64,000 nucleotides of DNA from Octopus sinensis (taxonomy: Eukaryota), in contig NC_043001.1 of the NCBI RefSeq assembly GCF_006345805.1, positions 68,758,001 to 68,822,000 of the forward strand. Direction: 5' to 3'. How positions within the stretch are numbered: position 1 is the stretch's first letter; every line of letters starts with the position of its first letter. This document shows positions 14,542 through 28,011 of the stretch, in pieces. The position numbers and the translations under genes are program-made. The notes under the pieces were generated by a model. It had not been told where the DNA came from. It saw only the letters and a list, made by a program, of their open reading frames with translations, and did not search any database.

Positions 14542-16829
14542 GCACAACAGCTTCCACAAGGACATGTGTTACACAAAAAAATTCTTGGTTGGGGATGCAA
14601 ATCCTCTCATTCGCGTACGACATAATGCGGCACAGCATAGAATTGAAGCGTCCATCTCTTTCTTCTCTCAATGTAGATGAGGAATTTGGATGTTGAAGTA
14701 ATGTAAATAAATAAATACATATATAGACGTGAAGATGGAGGGGCGAGAATTCAGGACGAAGGATAAAAAATATATAAAAAGTGTAAGTATAGAAAAATAT
14801 AAAAATGTAGAGTATAAAGATATAAAGAGATATAAGGAGATATAAAGGGGATATAAAGAATATAAAGAAATATAAAGAAATATAAATGAATGTAAAGGCA
14901 TAAGGTTATAAAGTAAAAATAGAAATAGAAATAAAAGTAAAAAGTAAAAAAATAAAAATAGGAATAAAAATGATAAAAATGCAAAAAATATAAAGATAAG
15001 GGATGTATAGAAGTTACGGACCAGACATGGTGGTCAGGAAATGATAAAATTTAGTTGTAGAAGTTTGGGTGTCTAATTAACATGGTCGTCTGGGGGACCT
15101 AGTGTGTTGTAAATCAGAGCTGTTGAGCGGTTAATCTAGTTCTTTGAATTAATTGGTCATCTTGTACATACATACCATCATGGATACATACACCCATATA
15201 CACGCGCACATATACGCGCGCATACACGGCTCCAAGCATATAAGCATACATACGCACTCGCGCGTGAACATGTACATAAACACATATACACCCACACACA
15301 CGCGCGCATATATACATACATACAACAGAATATGCGCATATATACACGGACATTATACGTGTACACACCCATATATACATACGTGCGTCCATCCTTACAT
15401 ACACATACACAGATGCCCACGCGTCCAGGTTTAGATATAAGATATTAAAGGATGTATATAAGAACGTATGTAAAGAATCACGCACTCACATCTACACCTG
15501 CACGCACACACGGCTGTGTGTCCATATGTGCGTGCACATATACACTTACATACACACCCAGAGACATACGCGCATATGGGTATAGCTATAAGATGTTAAA
15601 AGATGTATACAAATAGGTGTAAATATATGCATATAAGAAATCTGCGAAAACATGTAAAAAATGTAAAGAAATACATAAGAAATTTTAAAAAAATTATTAA
15701 AGAAAATTAATTAGAGATGAGTAACGGGGTATGCACATCCAGACGTAGATGTTTACTCGTACATATGTACACATATGTATACGTATACATACGTACACGG
15801 ACGCTCGTATAATCATAAAGCGGATACATAGGTAAGTAAATAAGGGATAAGCAAAAAAAAAAAATAGACATATATAGAGATATAAAGCGATAAGTTAGGG
15901 GTAAGAATGAGGGTAAGAATAAAAATTAGAAATAAAAGTAAGAAATACAATATAAAACAAGAAATACAATATAAAAGTTAGAAATGAAATATAAAAATTA
16001 TAAAAATTATAAGAATTAAAATAAGGGATGAAAATAAAAATAAGAATAAAGGTAAAGCGAAATAGAATAGGATAAAGCAAAATAAAAATATAATCTGGTA
16101 AATTTTAACATGAGATGAAGGTGGTTGAAAGTTAAAGGTGTGTGTTAAAGGTGCCCACGTAGGGGCGGGCGGGGGGAACTGAAAATTGGAAGGGTGGGAA
16201 GTGGAGTTTGGCGGTGTGCGTTCAACATCCGAGTTAGAAATGTGAAAGGGTATAGATATAGGGAAATAAAGAGACTAGATAGGAAGGATATGGGTGTAGG
16301 AGAAGAAAAACATATATGGGAGACAAAATGTGTATATATAGGAGGAAAATGCAGGGAAATATATATGCATATACACACATACACACACACACACACAAGC
16401 ACACACACATATATATATATATATATACATATACATACACATATATGCACATACATATATATACGCACACATATACGCATATACACGCACATATAGGAAA
16501 GCGGGATGCGCTGGAGCCGACAGGTTGCACCGGTTGGGAGGAAATTGCATGGGGGAGTTGGTATAATAACCTAAGCTTTGTAGTATTTGAAAGTATTAAT
16601 AGTTTGTGTATACAGGATGGTTTGAACTCTGACCTTTTGTTAATAAGATTGTGTTTGTCTTTGAATTTCAAGATGTTCAGGAGTTCTACACACACATAGT
16701 TGGCATCCCGCTCTATTATTTAAATAAGGTGCAGCTGATCCGATGATGGACCACCTGAGTTTGAAGCCTATGCATTTGTCTTTTTAATTCCTAATTTTTT
16801 TTAGAAAGGGAGGCGCTGTTAGCCTTATG

Positions 16830-16878
<49 letters not shown>

Positions 16879-16892
16879 ATATATATATATAT

Positions 16893-16942
<50 letters not shown>

Positions 16943-17633
16943 CATAAATAGATAGATAGATAGATAGATAATATATAGATAGATGATAGATAGGTAGATA
17001 GATAGATAGATAGGTAGATAGATTAATTCAAAGAACTAGATTAACCGCAAAACAGCTCTGATTTACAACACACTAGGTCCCCAGACGACCATGTTGATTT
17101 ATTGACACTCAAAGCTTCTACAACTAAATTTTATCAATTTCCTGAGCACCATGTCTGGTCCGTAACTTCTATACATCCCTTATCTTTATATTTTTTGCAT
17201 TTTTATCATTTTTATTCCTATTTTTATTTTTTTGCTTTTTACTTTTATTTCTATTTCTATTTTTACTTTATAACCTTATGTCTTTACATTCATTTATATT
17301 TCTTTATATTTCTTTATATTCTTTATATCCCCTTTATATCTCTTTATATCTTTATACTCTACATTTTTATATTTTTCTATACTTACATTTTTTATCCTTC
17401 GTCCTGAATTCTTGCCTTTCCATCTTCACGTCTATATATGTTTTATTTATTTACATTACTTCAACATCCAAATTTCCTCATTCTACTACATTGAGAGAAG
17501 AAAGAGATGGGACGCGCTTCAATTCTATGCTGTTGCCGCATTCATGTCGTACGCGAATGAGAGGATTTGCATCCCCAACCAAGAATTTTTGATGTAACAT
17601 CCTGTCTGGACAAGCTTGTGGAAGCTTTGTGCG

Positions 17634-17708
17634 CGCGCTGAAGAGGCCACAGACATACATTATGCATTGTTATATCTGTCTAATAAAGGCCCGAAACATA
17701 TGTACCGC
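17634..17708 (+). ncRNA. Second (inverted) copy of the pLTR hammerhead
   Basis: gcg-CTGAAGA-ggcc...ggccc-GAAAC-atat-GTA-ccgc. Stem I is slightly disrupted. Confidence 0.7.
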
Positions 17709-17753
17709 TGAATCCTTGGCATCATGTTTTTTATTTGATCAATTTATATATAT

Positions 17754-17788
<35 letters not shown>

Positions 17789-17816
17789 GATATATATGTG
17801 TATATTATATATATAT

Positions 17817-17848
<32 letters not shown>

Positions 17849-17913
17849 GATAGATAGATAGATAGATAAATAAATATAGATAAATAGATAGATAGATAGA
17901 TAGATTGATAGGT

Positions 17914-17999
<86 letters not shown>

Positions 18000-18593
18000 C
18001 AGATATAGATATATACGCATACATGCATACCGAGGTAAACCGTTGTTCACTGTAGCCATAGAAAGGTTTTTGCCACCTCCAGTGGGCAGAATTGACAAAT
18101 TTGAGATGCATACATCATTCGTTTTCAATATACAAATCACCGAATGTGGCTGCCGAAGCGCTGTCAGCATGGTAATATATTAATGCTAGTTTTTATATAC
18201 GAAATATAAAAAAGAATATATTTCATTAAAAGTAAATAATTATTGATGGGAACACAGTTTATTTCAAAATGTATTTTGTCAATGAATTGCATTCACAATA
18301 ACAGTTACCGATTTTTCAATTTTATATCAAACATTAAAAATATAAATCAAAATTCTTACGAAAATATTTGGTTCTTTTCCAGCTGTTTATTTAATACATG
18401 GCCAGAGGCAGTATTGTTCTGCTGTCAGTTTGCAATCACATGATAGACGTTATAAGTAGATGGACAACTAAGGTAAACTCTTATTTTTCTCATGTACAGT
18501 TCATCAATGAAGGAAGCAGTTATAAAAGATAAGTATATATATTCTGACTAGAAATAGTCTGAATCAAATAGCTGGTAAATGATGGGTATTCAT

Positions 18594-18653
<60 letters not shown>

Positions 18654-19020
18654 ATCTATCTATATATATATATATATATATTCTATCGCACATATAGGTA
18701 TATGTAAGTGTGTATATATATATATATATATATCTGTGTATGTGTGAGAGAGATGGGGGTGAGAGAGAGACAGATAGAGACAGAGAGACTGTGTGTATGT
18801 GTGTGACAACATAAATGCTGTATATAAAAGTATAGGATCTCGAGACGGAATTAAGTTCGCTGAACGATGAGCTCAGTGGAAAGGTATATTTATGTTATAA
18901 TTTGGCAGTCTACTCTGAGTTTTATTATTGGCAACTATCGCGATTGACATAGACAACTAAAGTTGGGACACAGGAAATACTGCCAAATTATATATACATG
19001 CACATACGCGCGCACACACA

Positions 19021-19065
<45 letters not shown>

Positions 19066-19088
19066 GCACACACACAAACACGCACACA

Positions 19089-19125
<37 letters not shown>

Positions 19126-19127
19126 CT

Positions 19128-19158
<31 letters not shown>

Positions 19159-19383
19159 TTATCTATCTGTCAGTCAATGTCCATACCTCTCCCCCACTTC
19201 TCTCCTGATATATATATATATATATATATAAGAAAATGGAGAAACAAATTCATTTCGTTCATCAACTTACGGATATTACAATTTCACATTATTTATTAAT
19301 TATACAAATGGGAACACCAAAATCGAACAAAACAATATAAGTCAATATGTAATATAATAATAAAAATAATACAAATAAAATGC

Positions 19384-19516
19384 TCCTTACAGCTGTTTCC
19401 GCCTATGGTCAAAGAGTCAATTCAACTTATATTGCCTACAGATATATGTGTATTATGGTTTTAGGCATTAAAAATTATACTTGTATGTTAAAATAACCAA
19501 AGGCCTCGTCAGAGGA
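19384..19516 (-). ncRNA. Type I hammerhead with ~96-nt insertion in stem II
   Basis: tcct-CTGACGA-g-gcct-t-tggt...acca-t-aggc-g-GAAAC-agct-GTA-agga. Palindromic ACAGCTGT stem III. Confidence 0.7.
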
Positions 19517-19519
19517 TCC

Positions 19520-19735
19520 CTAATTGTCCTGTACTCCATTTTTTTGTTGTTTAATAAAAATGTCCAGTTCCTTTGGTTTGTGTCTATGTTTTCGTTTCTC
19601 ATTGTGTTCGACGTCTTTTTGGTGTCCTGTACTCATATATGCGTGTATATGTACATGTAGAGGTAGGTATTTACATATATGTTTATATATATGCATATGT
19701 TTTATTTTATTATTAATATATATATATATATATAC
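19520..19735 (-). repeat. Copy 1 of a ~220-bp dispersed repeat (other copies 22150-22350 and 22990-23210, both +)
   Basis: Shared acacaatgagaaacgaaaacata...aaggaaatggacattttt...aaacaac...gagtacaggaca blocks. Confidence 0.75.
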
Positions 19736-21481
19736 ATATATATATGCACACACACATTACACTGGCACACTGACATGCTGACAGTCTACTCTGTGTTCCA
19801 CCCATGCCGCTTCACGCCAGTTATGACAGCCGTAAATGTCCTACCGTTATACACAGTTTAGGCAAAGTTTGATAATTTGATAGCATAATTGTATCTCGCC
19901 TCTCTATTAGCGGTTTAACGAAATGAATTTTGTATCAGAAAATTTTGCGTTATGTAAGATATATTTTCACATTACAACACTTACACACATACGCACTCAT
20001 ACACATAATCACTCACTTTCTCTCTCTCTCTCACTCTCTCTCACTCTCTCTCACTCTCTCTCTCTCACTCTCTCTCACTCTCTCCCTCCCTCACACACAC
20101 ACTCACAAACATACATGACCATGTATGCTGATATCTATATGTATACATATAGTTATATTTCGCTTTCTTTTTCTCCTCTTATGCATTTATTTTCTAAATT
20201 CGTTCTTTATCAAGCAAATATTTTAACATTTATCGTTATTTAATATATATCGTTATTTAATATAACTTTTAAAATATAGCTATATTAAAGTGCATGAGAA
20301 GTTAACTTTAATTATAGATATTTACTACAGATTTATAGAATTAAAAATTTTAACTAAGTGTGATGGCATTAATGAAAAAGATATTATGCATGTGTCGACA
20401 ACAGATTTTACTAATTGTAATAAAGTAGATTTTCCATGAATAATAAATTTACAATAAATTAGTCAAGTGAGCAGACTTTATGTGGTTTCTCCACAATTTG
20501 CAGTCAAGTATGTATCAGTCTTAGGGAACGAAAGAACATTGAAACGCTTAATTTGAAATCAATATCCCTAATTTACGGTGACCATGTGGTTTTATTTAAG
20601 GGCTGCTTACAATAAACATCAGTTGCTGAGGTGTCTCAAATCATGGAGATGTTTTAAATATATAAATATATAAATATATAACGTTGCGAATTTTGCATAA
20701 ATCTTAAGAAAGGCATTTGAAATTGTATTTGTACATATGATGAATTTTTTAATGATATTGCTTGTTTCAAAAATCACCTGGTACACATTTGAGTAAAATT
20801 AAAAAAAATTTGACTGATATTTATTTCTTAACATTTGAGCGAATTATAATGGTAAAGATCTACGAGAACATTTAAGGAAAATATATGAGAATTTAAATTT
20901 TCGTAATATAAAATTTGTCTGCCAACATATAACTAGAAGAACAAATGTGGTAGTTTTTAATGATAATTATTTGCATGAGTAATGATAATGTTTCGTCAAA
21001 ACATGATTTTATTCAACATATTCCCTCTCAGATTCACACACTTGTTGCAGCAGTCCTTCAGCCCTGTAAATCTACTCGAAAAGTTGTGCCTGCAGCCAGA
21101 CCTTTCGCAATATCTTTAAACATTTCAACAGCCTCTCGTATATTTTACTTGCCTCTCCTCATGACTTCAAATCTCAGTTCATATTAAGCAAAATATTGAA
21201 TAAATTGGAATTTTTACTTATCCATATATTATATTACCTGTGATAAACGAGAATGGTTGGTTGGTGTCAGCCAATATTGTTCCACAAGCTTTACAATAAA
21301 TATCAAACAGTTATATGTTGCTAAATAGGCACATGCTATCTTTTTTTTTTTTTGCTTTCCTCTTTCTTTTTACGATTCCTTTTGATCGAAAACCAAACCC
21401 CCTTTTTTATCCCCAAAAGAAAAGCTCTACCTTGTAATTTGTTCCGTCTTTGTGCAGCCCTGTGAGGCTAATAAAGAAACA

Positions 21482-21533
<52 letters not shown>

Positions 21534-21883
21534 GATCTATCTATCTATCTATCTATCTAATCTATCTATCTATCTATCTCTCTATCTATCTGTCTGCTGT
21601 CTGTGCTCTGTCCTGTCTGTCTGTCTGTCTGTCTGTCTGTATGTATGTATGTATGTATGTATGTATGTATGTATGTCTAGCTGTCTGCCTGTTTGTCTGT
21701 GTTTCTCTGTGCTTGTGTGTGCGTGCGTTTGGATAATATATACGCGAAAATGCATGTATATGTACACGTATCTGCATGTATGAATGTACATATAATCTCT
21801 CTCTCTCTCTCTATCTATTTTATATATATACATATATACACACACACACAGAGACAGAACGGGATTTATATATATATATATAT

Positions 21884-21924
<41 letters not shown>

Positions 21925-22149
21925 GTGTGTGTGTATGTATAAGTTCAATTAGAGATTAGATAAACTTCATAAGGGGTAGTAACACCCAGTAAATTACTGG
22001 TTTATTACCTAATATTTCTTATTAATTATAATACTCATGAATAATTGGTAATTAGATAAACCAGGGTTTACATATATTCAAGAAAAATAAGGTAAATCAA
22101 TTAATAAGTATACTTATTAACTGCAAAAATATTATATGTATATATATAT

Positions 22150-23210
22150 ATAATAAATTAATAAATAAATAAAACATATGCATATATACATACATATATG
22201 TACGTACCTACCTCTACATGTATATATACATGCATATATATATGGGTACAGGAAACCAAAAAAAGTCGAACACAATGAGAAACGAAAACATAAATACAAA
22301 AGCAAGGAAATGGACATTTTTCTTAAACAACGAAAAAATAGAGTACAGGACATACAAAACAAGGAAAATTCCCCTTCTTCAGTCGCCTTTGTTTCATCTA
22401 CTCCACGTTTCGAAGGTCAAGGCGCTACATGACTTTAATGAAACAATCCTTCCCGCGAAAATCAAATTAAATAAAATTTGAGATTTTTTTTGCGGAGGGG
22501 TAAAAATGGTAACAAAAACAGGACAGTGACGACAGTACAAAATACAAACAGTAAAAGACAGGACAAAGAGAATAACAGTAACACAAACAAGATGGGCTGT
22601 TAAGCCGAACGAGATAACATTTTTTACGAACGCTATTTTTTGAGAACGGCGAGGAAGCAACAGATGTGCTGTCTCTACTTGAAGATAGCCAGGAGAAGAA
22701 AGACAGTAGCAGAGTTCGCGTCGCAGGTAAACGACGGGAGAGAGGAGAAGGAGGTTTAAGAGAAAGGGGGAGAAAAAAGGGAATGGTTCTAGAGAAAAGA
22801 ATGAAAAATGAGAGAGAGAGAAGAGAGAGTAGAGAGAGAGAGAGGGAGAGACTGTAAGGTAGAAGAAAAGGAAAGCCAAAAAGAATAAGGAGGCTTAAAA
22901 GGGAGGGGGAGAGAAAAGGGTTAGAGTGCGCATCATTATTAATATTAAGAACAATCTTACTTAGAAATGGATGCGTGCGTTCCGTCATATAATAAATTAA
23001 TAAATAAATAAAAACAATGCACATATACATACATATATGTACGTACCTGCTTCTACATGTATATATACATGCTATATATATATAGATATATATATATGGG
23101 TACAGGACATCAAAAAGACGTTCGAACACAATGAAAACGAACACATAAACACAAAACCAAGGAAATGGACATTTTTCTTAAACAACGAAAAAATAGAGTC
23201 AGGACATATC
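22150..23210 (+). repeat. Two direct copies of the same ~220-bp repeat separated by a purine-rich insert
   Basis: 22150-22350 and 22990-23210 align over their length. Confidence 0.75.
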
Positions 23211-24498
23211 AAGGATGTTCTTCATCCAAGGCCTATTTCCCCCACTTTCGAAGGTCAAGGTGATATATAGAAAATATCACAGTTCATGTGTTATTGGTTC
23301 TATTCCTTGGGCATGATAAAACAGTTATGAAACAGGAGCTGAAACAAATATAGAATCACTTTTAGTTGGATATTGACCGCTTGACAATCAAGTGTAGTAG
23401 TAAAAATCATTCACATCTCCAAAAGAAAAATGCTTACTACAGGCAGAATGAACCGATAATTTGTTTGTGCTAAATGACTGCTGATAAAAAAATGATTCCA
23501 TATAAACAGGCTGCGGTAGATGTATTTTCTCATTGAGAATATGCGACCAGCAAAAATGTCTTGCGTAGTACTTAATTACCTTACTACTATGACCACATAG
23601 AAAATAAGTATCTTCTTTCAATTTCGTCTCTTAATTTCTGTTCTATAATGAGTAAGGACCAGTGTGTGAGATTAGTGCTAGGAATATGGATATATTAAAA
23701 TGGCTGATAAGCATCGTTAACTTCGCCTCTTTTTCTTTTAGTATTATTCTGAATAGAGAATATTTCTAAATACATTGATTAAAAAATAATGAACACCTTC
23801 CCACACACGTATATAAATACATACACGTAAATATGTATTATAAAATAACATAAGTTAGTATACGGTAACACAATATAATACAATATAATATAATATGAAC
23901 ACCCATAAAACCACCATAAAATACAAAGCTTTAAGCAATTATTACACGTAGTAGAAATAGAATCCTTAAATAGGACAATCAGACAATATCAATGATGGTA
24001 TTATATATGCAACCAAACTATCATAAACGAAACAACTATGAATCCCTTAATAATTTGATCTCTACGAGAATCAGAATTCATCGTCATCAGCTGCCTAACT
24101 GTTATCATTCTGCCGTCGACACCCAAGCATTGACATTCAATATAGTATACTTAGAGAGATAGACTATGCCTTAGTCAAAATGTCTATGATAAACCAGAAA
24201 TATTTAACTGACATATTTATACTGCAACCTACATTCTAATTACTGTTAATGGCCTGTACTAAATCTACTAAAAGCGCCGATGATAGTTATCACTTTGCTT
24301 CATCGTAAAATGTAATTATTATATAAAGATGAACTGTTCATAGGCAGCTCTGTGTTGTAAGTGATTTACCAACTTAATATTTAATATCTCTAGCGCTTCT
24401 TTGTTAAACACACACACACACACCATATATATATACACATACATACACACACACATATATATATATTAATATATATTATGTATATATATATATATATA

Positions 24499-24567
<69 letters not shown>

Positions 24568-24866
24568 GTATCTATATATTGTGTGTCTATATACCATTGT
24601 TACTATGTGCCATCCGGTATCATGTTTTTATTAATTAATTTGCGCGATCATATATGTGCTCGACCATTCTTGACTGTTTAGTATTTGACCCAAAAGTGCA
24701 GCGGGTGAAGTGCAGGTACTGATACTGGACTGATACTCATCTTCCATAGAACAGACTCGAAGAACACGAAGTACCTCGTTCCAGCAGTCGATACTATGAC
24801 ATTGCATGATGGAGCCCAACTCCTAGCCTCTAAGCCACATTCCTTCCCCCTCACACACACACACAC

Positions 24867-24934
<68 letters not shown>

Positions 24935-24968
24935 GCCTTCCCACGAATATACACACACTTATACACAC

Positions 24969-25016
<48 letters not shown>

Positions 25017-25021
25017 GAGAT

Positions 25022-25095
25022 CCGAGACTATCTGGATCTCATCTATGAACTATACACCCATATATAGTTCATAGATGAGATCCAGATAGTCTCGG
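25022..25095. repeat. Perfect 33-bp hairpin with 8-nt loop
   Basis: ccgagactatctggatctcatctatgaactata (25022-25054) and its exact reverse complement (25063-25095). Confidence 0.95.
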
Positions 25096-25519
25096 TATAG
25101 AATGCGCTTAGTAATGCCCCAGAGGTTTAAACTTGGGCCGGTGTAGAAGTAAATGTTGGGATAAGGAAACTAGACGGATCAATATATAAAGTATATTAAA
25201 TACATGAAATACAAAAATGTTTATACGTATTGAACCTTTTTCCTTCCCTGAAGACGGAAGCACGTCTCATCCTATGATGGAATTATTCTACGAACATTAA
25301 TATGGACCAGCGACACGCCAGAAACACGCGTTGGATCTTTTTCAACCCCTTTAATTCTCTACACCATCTGTATTGTAAGTCTGACTTTTTTCTATGTATA
25401 CATATACATAACTTTGTATTTCATATATCTAATATATTGATAACTCATTTATATACTGATTTGTCTAACATCCCTACACATACTTCGATATAGATATTTA
25501 TGTACACAAACACATATAT

Positions 25520-25553
<34 letters not shown>

Positions 25554-25559
25554 ATATAC

Positions 25560-25639
<80 letters not shown>

Positions 25640-25842
25640 ATCAGAAATACTAAATTTCTAAATCTCTCGTAGAGACATGTACGGTGGTGGGGCGATAGAA
25701 TGGTTGTATACTGTCAATCTAACACGAACGCTGTTTAGCCCTAGGAAGCATCGACGCCTCCTGATGGCTTTGACACATTTTTCCTGTGTCCTTATATACA
25801 TTCACGAAGGGGAGACAAATACCCCCAGCCGCCCGGACTGCA

Positions 25843-25887
25843 TCTAGGAACACGTGTTTCAGGATGATTGTCCTTCGTCGGCCTAGA
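25843..25887 (-). ncRNA. Minimal type I hammerhead (core CCGACGA, U4C variant)
   Basis: tctagg-CCGACGA-agga-caatca-tcct-GAAAC-acgt-GTT-cctaga. 6-bp stem I, 4-bp stem II, perfect palindrome AACACGTGTT in stem III. Confidence 0.75.
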
Positions 25888-26137
25888 CTAGCAGACACTG
25901 GTCAGCTGTTGATAAAATCTTTATTATGGGCACGAAGGCCCGAATTAAGAGGGGACTTTATAACAGACATGGGGTACATATAACAACAAAAAAAATCGAA
26001 AAATATGAAATGAAAATGAACTATTTATAATGAATTAAATGGAATGGCTTACGAGCCCCTCAAAACTCGCAGTTTCATTTAAAATACAATTTTACGATTT
26101 ACAATTTTACAATTTTACAATTACATACATAACTCTG

Positions 26138-27475
26138 CTACGTCGGGCGCTCGTCTGTAATGTATTCTATTAAATCTTCCTGTTCTATAACAGCCGGCAA
26201 AGTTTCGTAACGTATATAATACAATTCAACAACATTAAACTCCAATTTCAATCTCATCATTGTCTCTCCCTCCATGATCACCGCCTTCCAGTGGTCCGCA
26301 TATAGTCTTGGGTTCAACTTCACTCTGATTAAACCTTTCCTACCTGCCAACTTCTTTTCCATATCTTTGTTCTTCAGGTACAACATCACTATTTTGAGTC
26401 TCTTTCCCTTAGGTCTTCCTCCTTCCTTACATACTTTCAACTGCTTTTCCACTCTTCTGTGCCATCTGCCCCATTCTTCATCTGTTGTTAATTTTGCCGG
26501 TTCACTTGCTTTCGCTTCTGCATTATTCTCTTCGCACGTTTGATCTTCCATTTCGTCTGTTGTCTTCTTTTTGTTTTTTTTCTTCTTTTTTTGAACTTTA
26601 GGTGGTGATTCCACCCTCGTTCTCTTTCTATCTTCTGTTCTTTCCTTTTCTTTCTCCAACACTTCACCACTTTCCACATTCTCACATTCCTCCTCCACAT
26701 CCGCTATTTTCAACTCCTCTGTCCGGGCCTCCAATGTCGTCGTCTCCTCCTGTACTCTTTTTCTCGGACACACATCCTTCATGTGGCCTCTAATTTTACA
26801 TATGTAACATGCTGGAGGTCTCCCCTCCACCACGACTCTGAGACTTGTCTCGTCGGGGAACACCAACTCCTCCGGGATGTTATACAGGTCAGGCATTGTA
26901 ATGTGGACTAACGCCTGCACTGCATAACCCCACCACTTTACATCTTTTGATTTTTCCACTTTCAATATTTCCACGTTTTCTTTGCAGTTAAACACCACTG
27001 CCGCTAAAATCCTTTCCATACTCAGCTCCGGCGAAATCTTACTTATTCTTATTCTTACTGCCCTTTTCCCGCAGTAGCTTGGTAAACACACCCATCTTTC
27101 TGTTTTCAAAATTTTCGTTGCGTTCCTTTTCGCTTCGTCTTCATTTTTAAAGTGAACGACCACCGTTGCGAATTTTCTACCTCTGTTGTAGTAGGTAGAT
27201 TGTCCTTCAATTCCTTTAATAGAGCATTCAATTTCCTCTATTGGTGCCACTTCTATTTTCTTTGAAGTCACGCTCCACGTTTTGTACGTTATAATCTATT
27301 TCTCCGCTTCTTCCGCTTCTTCTTCGGGTGGTGTGACCTTCACACAGTCACCTTACCTCTTCAAGCTGTCGAAATACTTGTTCAAAGTCTCCTTCTCGGT
27401 GATAACTTCTTCCAGCTGTAGTTCGCTCGCGGCCAGGCGCTTGCCTGCTGCTCCTGCATACGTTTGGGTTTCCAT
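26138..27475 (-). pseudogene. Gag/ORF1-like nucleic-acid-binding protein (RRM-like region + one CX2CX4HX4C zinc knuckle + charged linker + unknown C-terminal domain), 445 codons with two in-frame stops near the N-terminus
   Basis: ATG at 27475 (METQTYAGAAGK) is in frame with the 377-aa ORF. Stops TAA at 27353-27355 and TAG at 27296-27298. Knuckle CYICKIRGHMKDVC preceded by IP...V..EGRPP, as in LINE ORF1 proteins. Confidence 0.75.
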
Positions 27476-27837
27476 TTTCGAGAAAAAAATCTCAAAAACT
27501 TCACCACGCTGCAACAACTTCCACCACCGGATTCGATCTCACGAACCGCGACACAACAATAACGTAATCAAAATATCCTACACCAAAACAACGAATTCGA
27601 ACTCTCAATAACGTAATCAGAAATAACCGACACTAAAAAAAACGAACAACAAAAAAAGCGGGCGGGTGTTAATATTTGCCTCGACTCGTAATGTATGTAT
27701 CTAAATTTCAGTGAAGTCTATTCACTGATTATCAAAATCAGAAATACTAAATTTCTAAATCTCTCGTAGAGGTTTATTCTTATGTAATAAGAAGATATCT
27801 ACGGTGGTGGGGCGATATATATGATATATATATATAA

Positions 27838-28011
<174 letters not shown>

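Larger units (their letters stand above)
14428..17745 (-). mobile_element. 5'-truncated Penelope-like element: GIY-YIG C-terminus, long low-complexity 3' UTR, pLTR with HHR, and an inverted pLTR copy at the 5' end
   Basis: Minus-strand 16790-16570 reads KDKCIGFKLRWSIIGSAAPYLNNRAGCQLCV/ELLNILKFKDKHNLINKRSEFKPSCIH, typical of a PLE endonuclease C-terminus. 14428-15152 is inverted at 17023-17745. Confidence 0.8.
25640..27817 (-). mobile_element. ~2.1-kb non-autonomous retroelement candidate: terminal direct repeats + gag/ORF1-like ORF + 3' hammerhead, embedded in (TA)n
   Basis: Direct repeats 25640-25697 and 27737-27817 share a 35-bp and an 18-bp identical block. One ORF, HHR at 25843-25887, (TA)n on both flanks, no RT or endonuclease. 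Confidence 0.7.

Noticed and set aside
21030-21170. Minus-strand peptide NIREAVEMFKDIAKGLAAGTTF resembling an ALIX/Bro1 V-domain helix
   Set aside because: Bounded by in-frame stops, no credible splice sites, and the similarity is too short.
22370-22420. Possible permuted (type II) hammerhead on the minus strand
   Set aside because: Stems I and III cannot be formed between GAAAC and CTGAAGA.
25245-25335. Plus-strand HHR-like motif (CTGAAGA...GAAAC-acgc-GTT-gga)
   Set aside because: Only a 3-bp stem I and no convincing stem II; counted only as a degenerate relic.
27296-27356. GT...AG intron that would remove both stops from the gag-like ORF
   Set aside because: The 61-nt removal shifts the frame and there is no pyrimidine tract, so the stops are better read as mutations.
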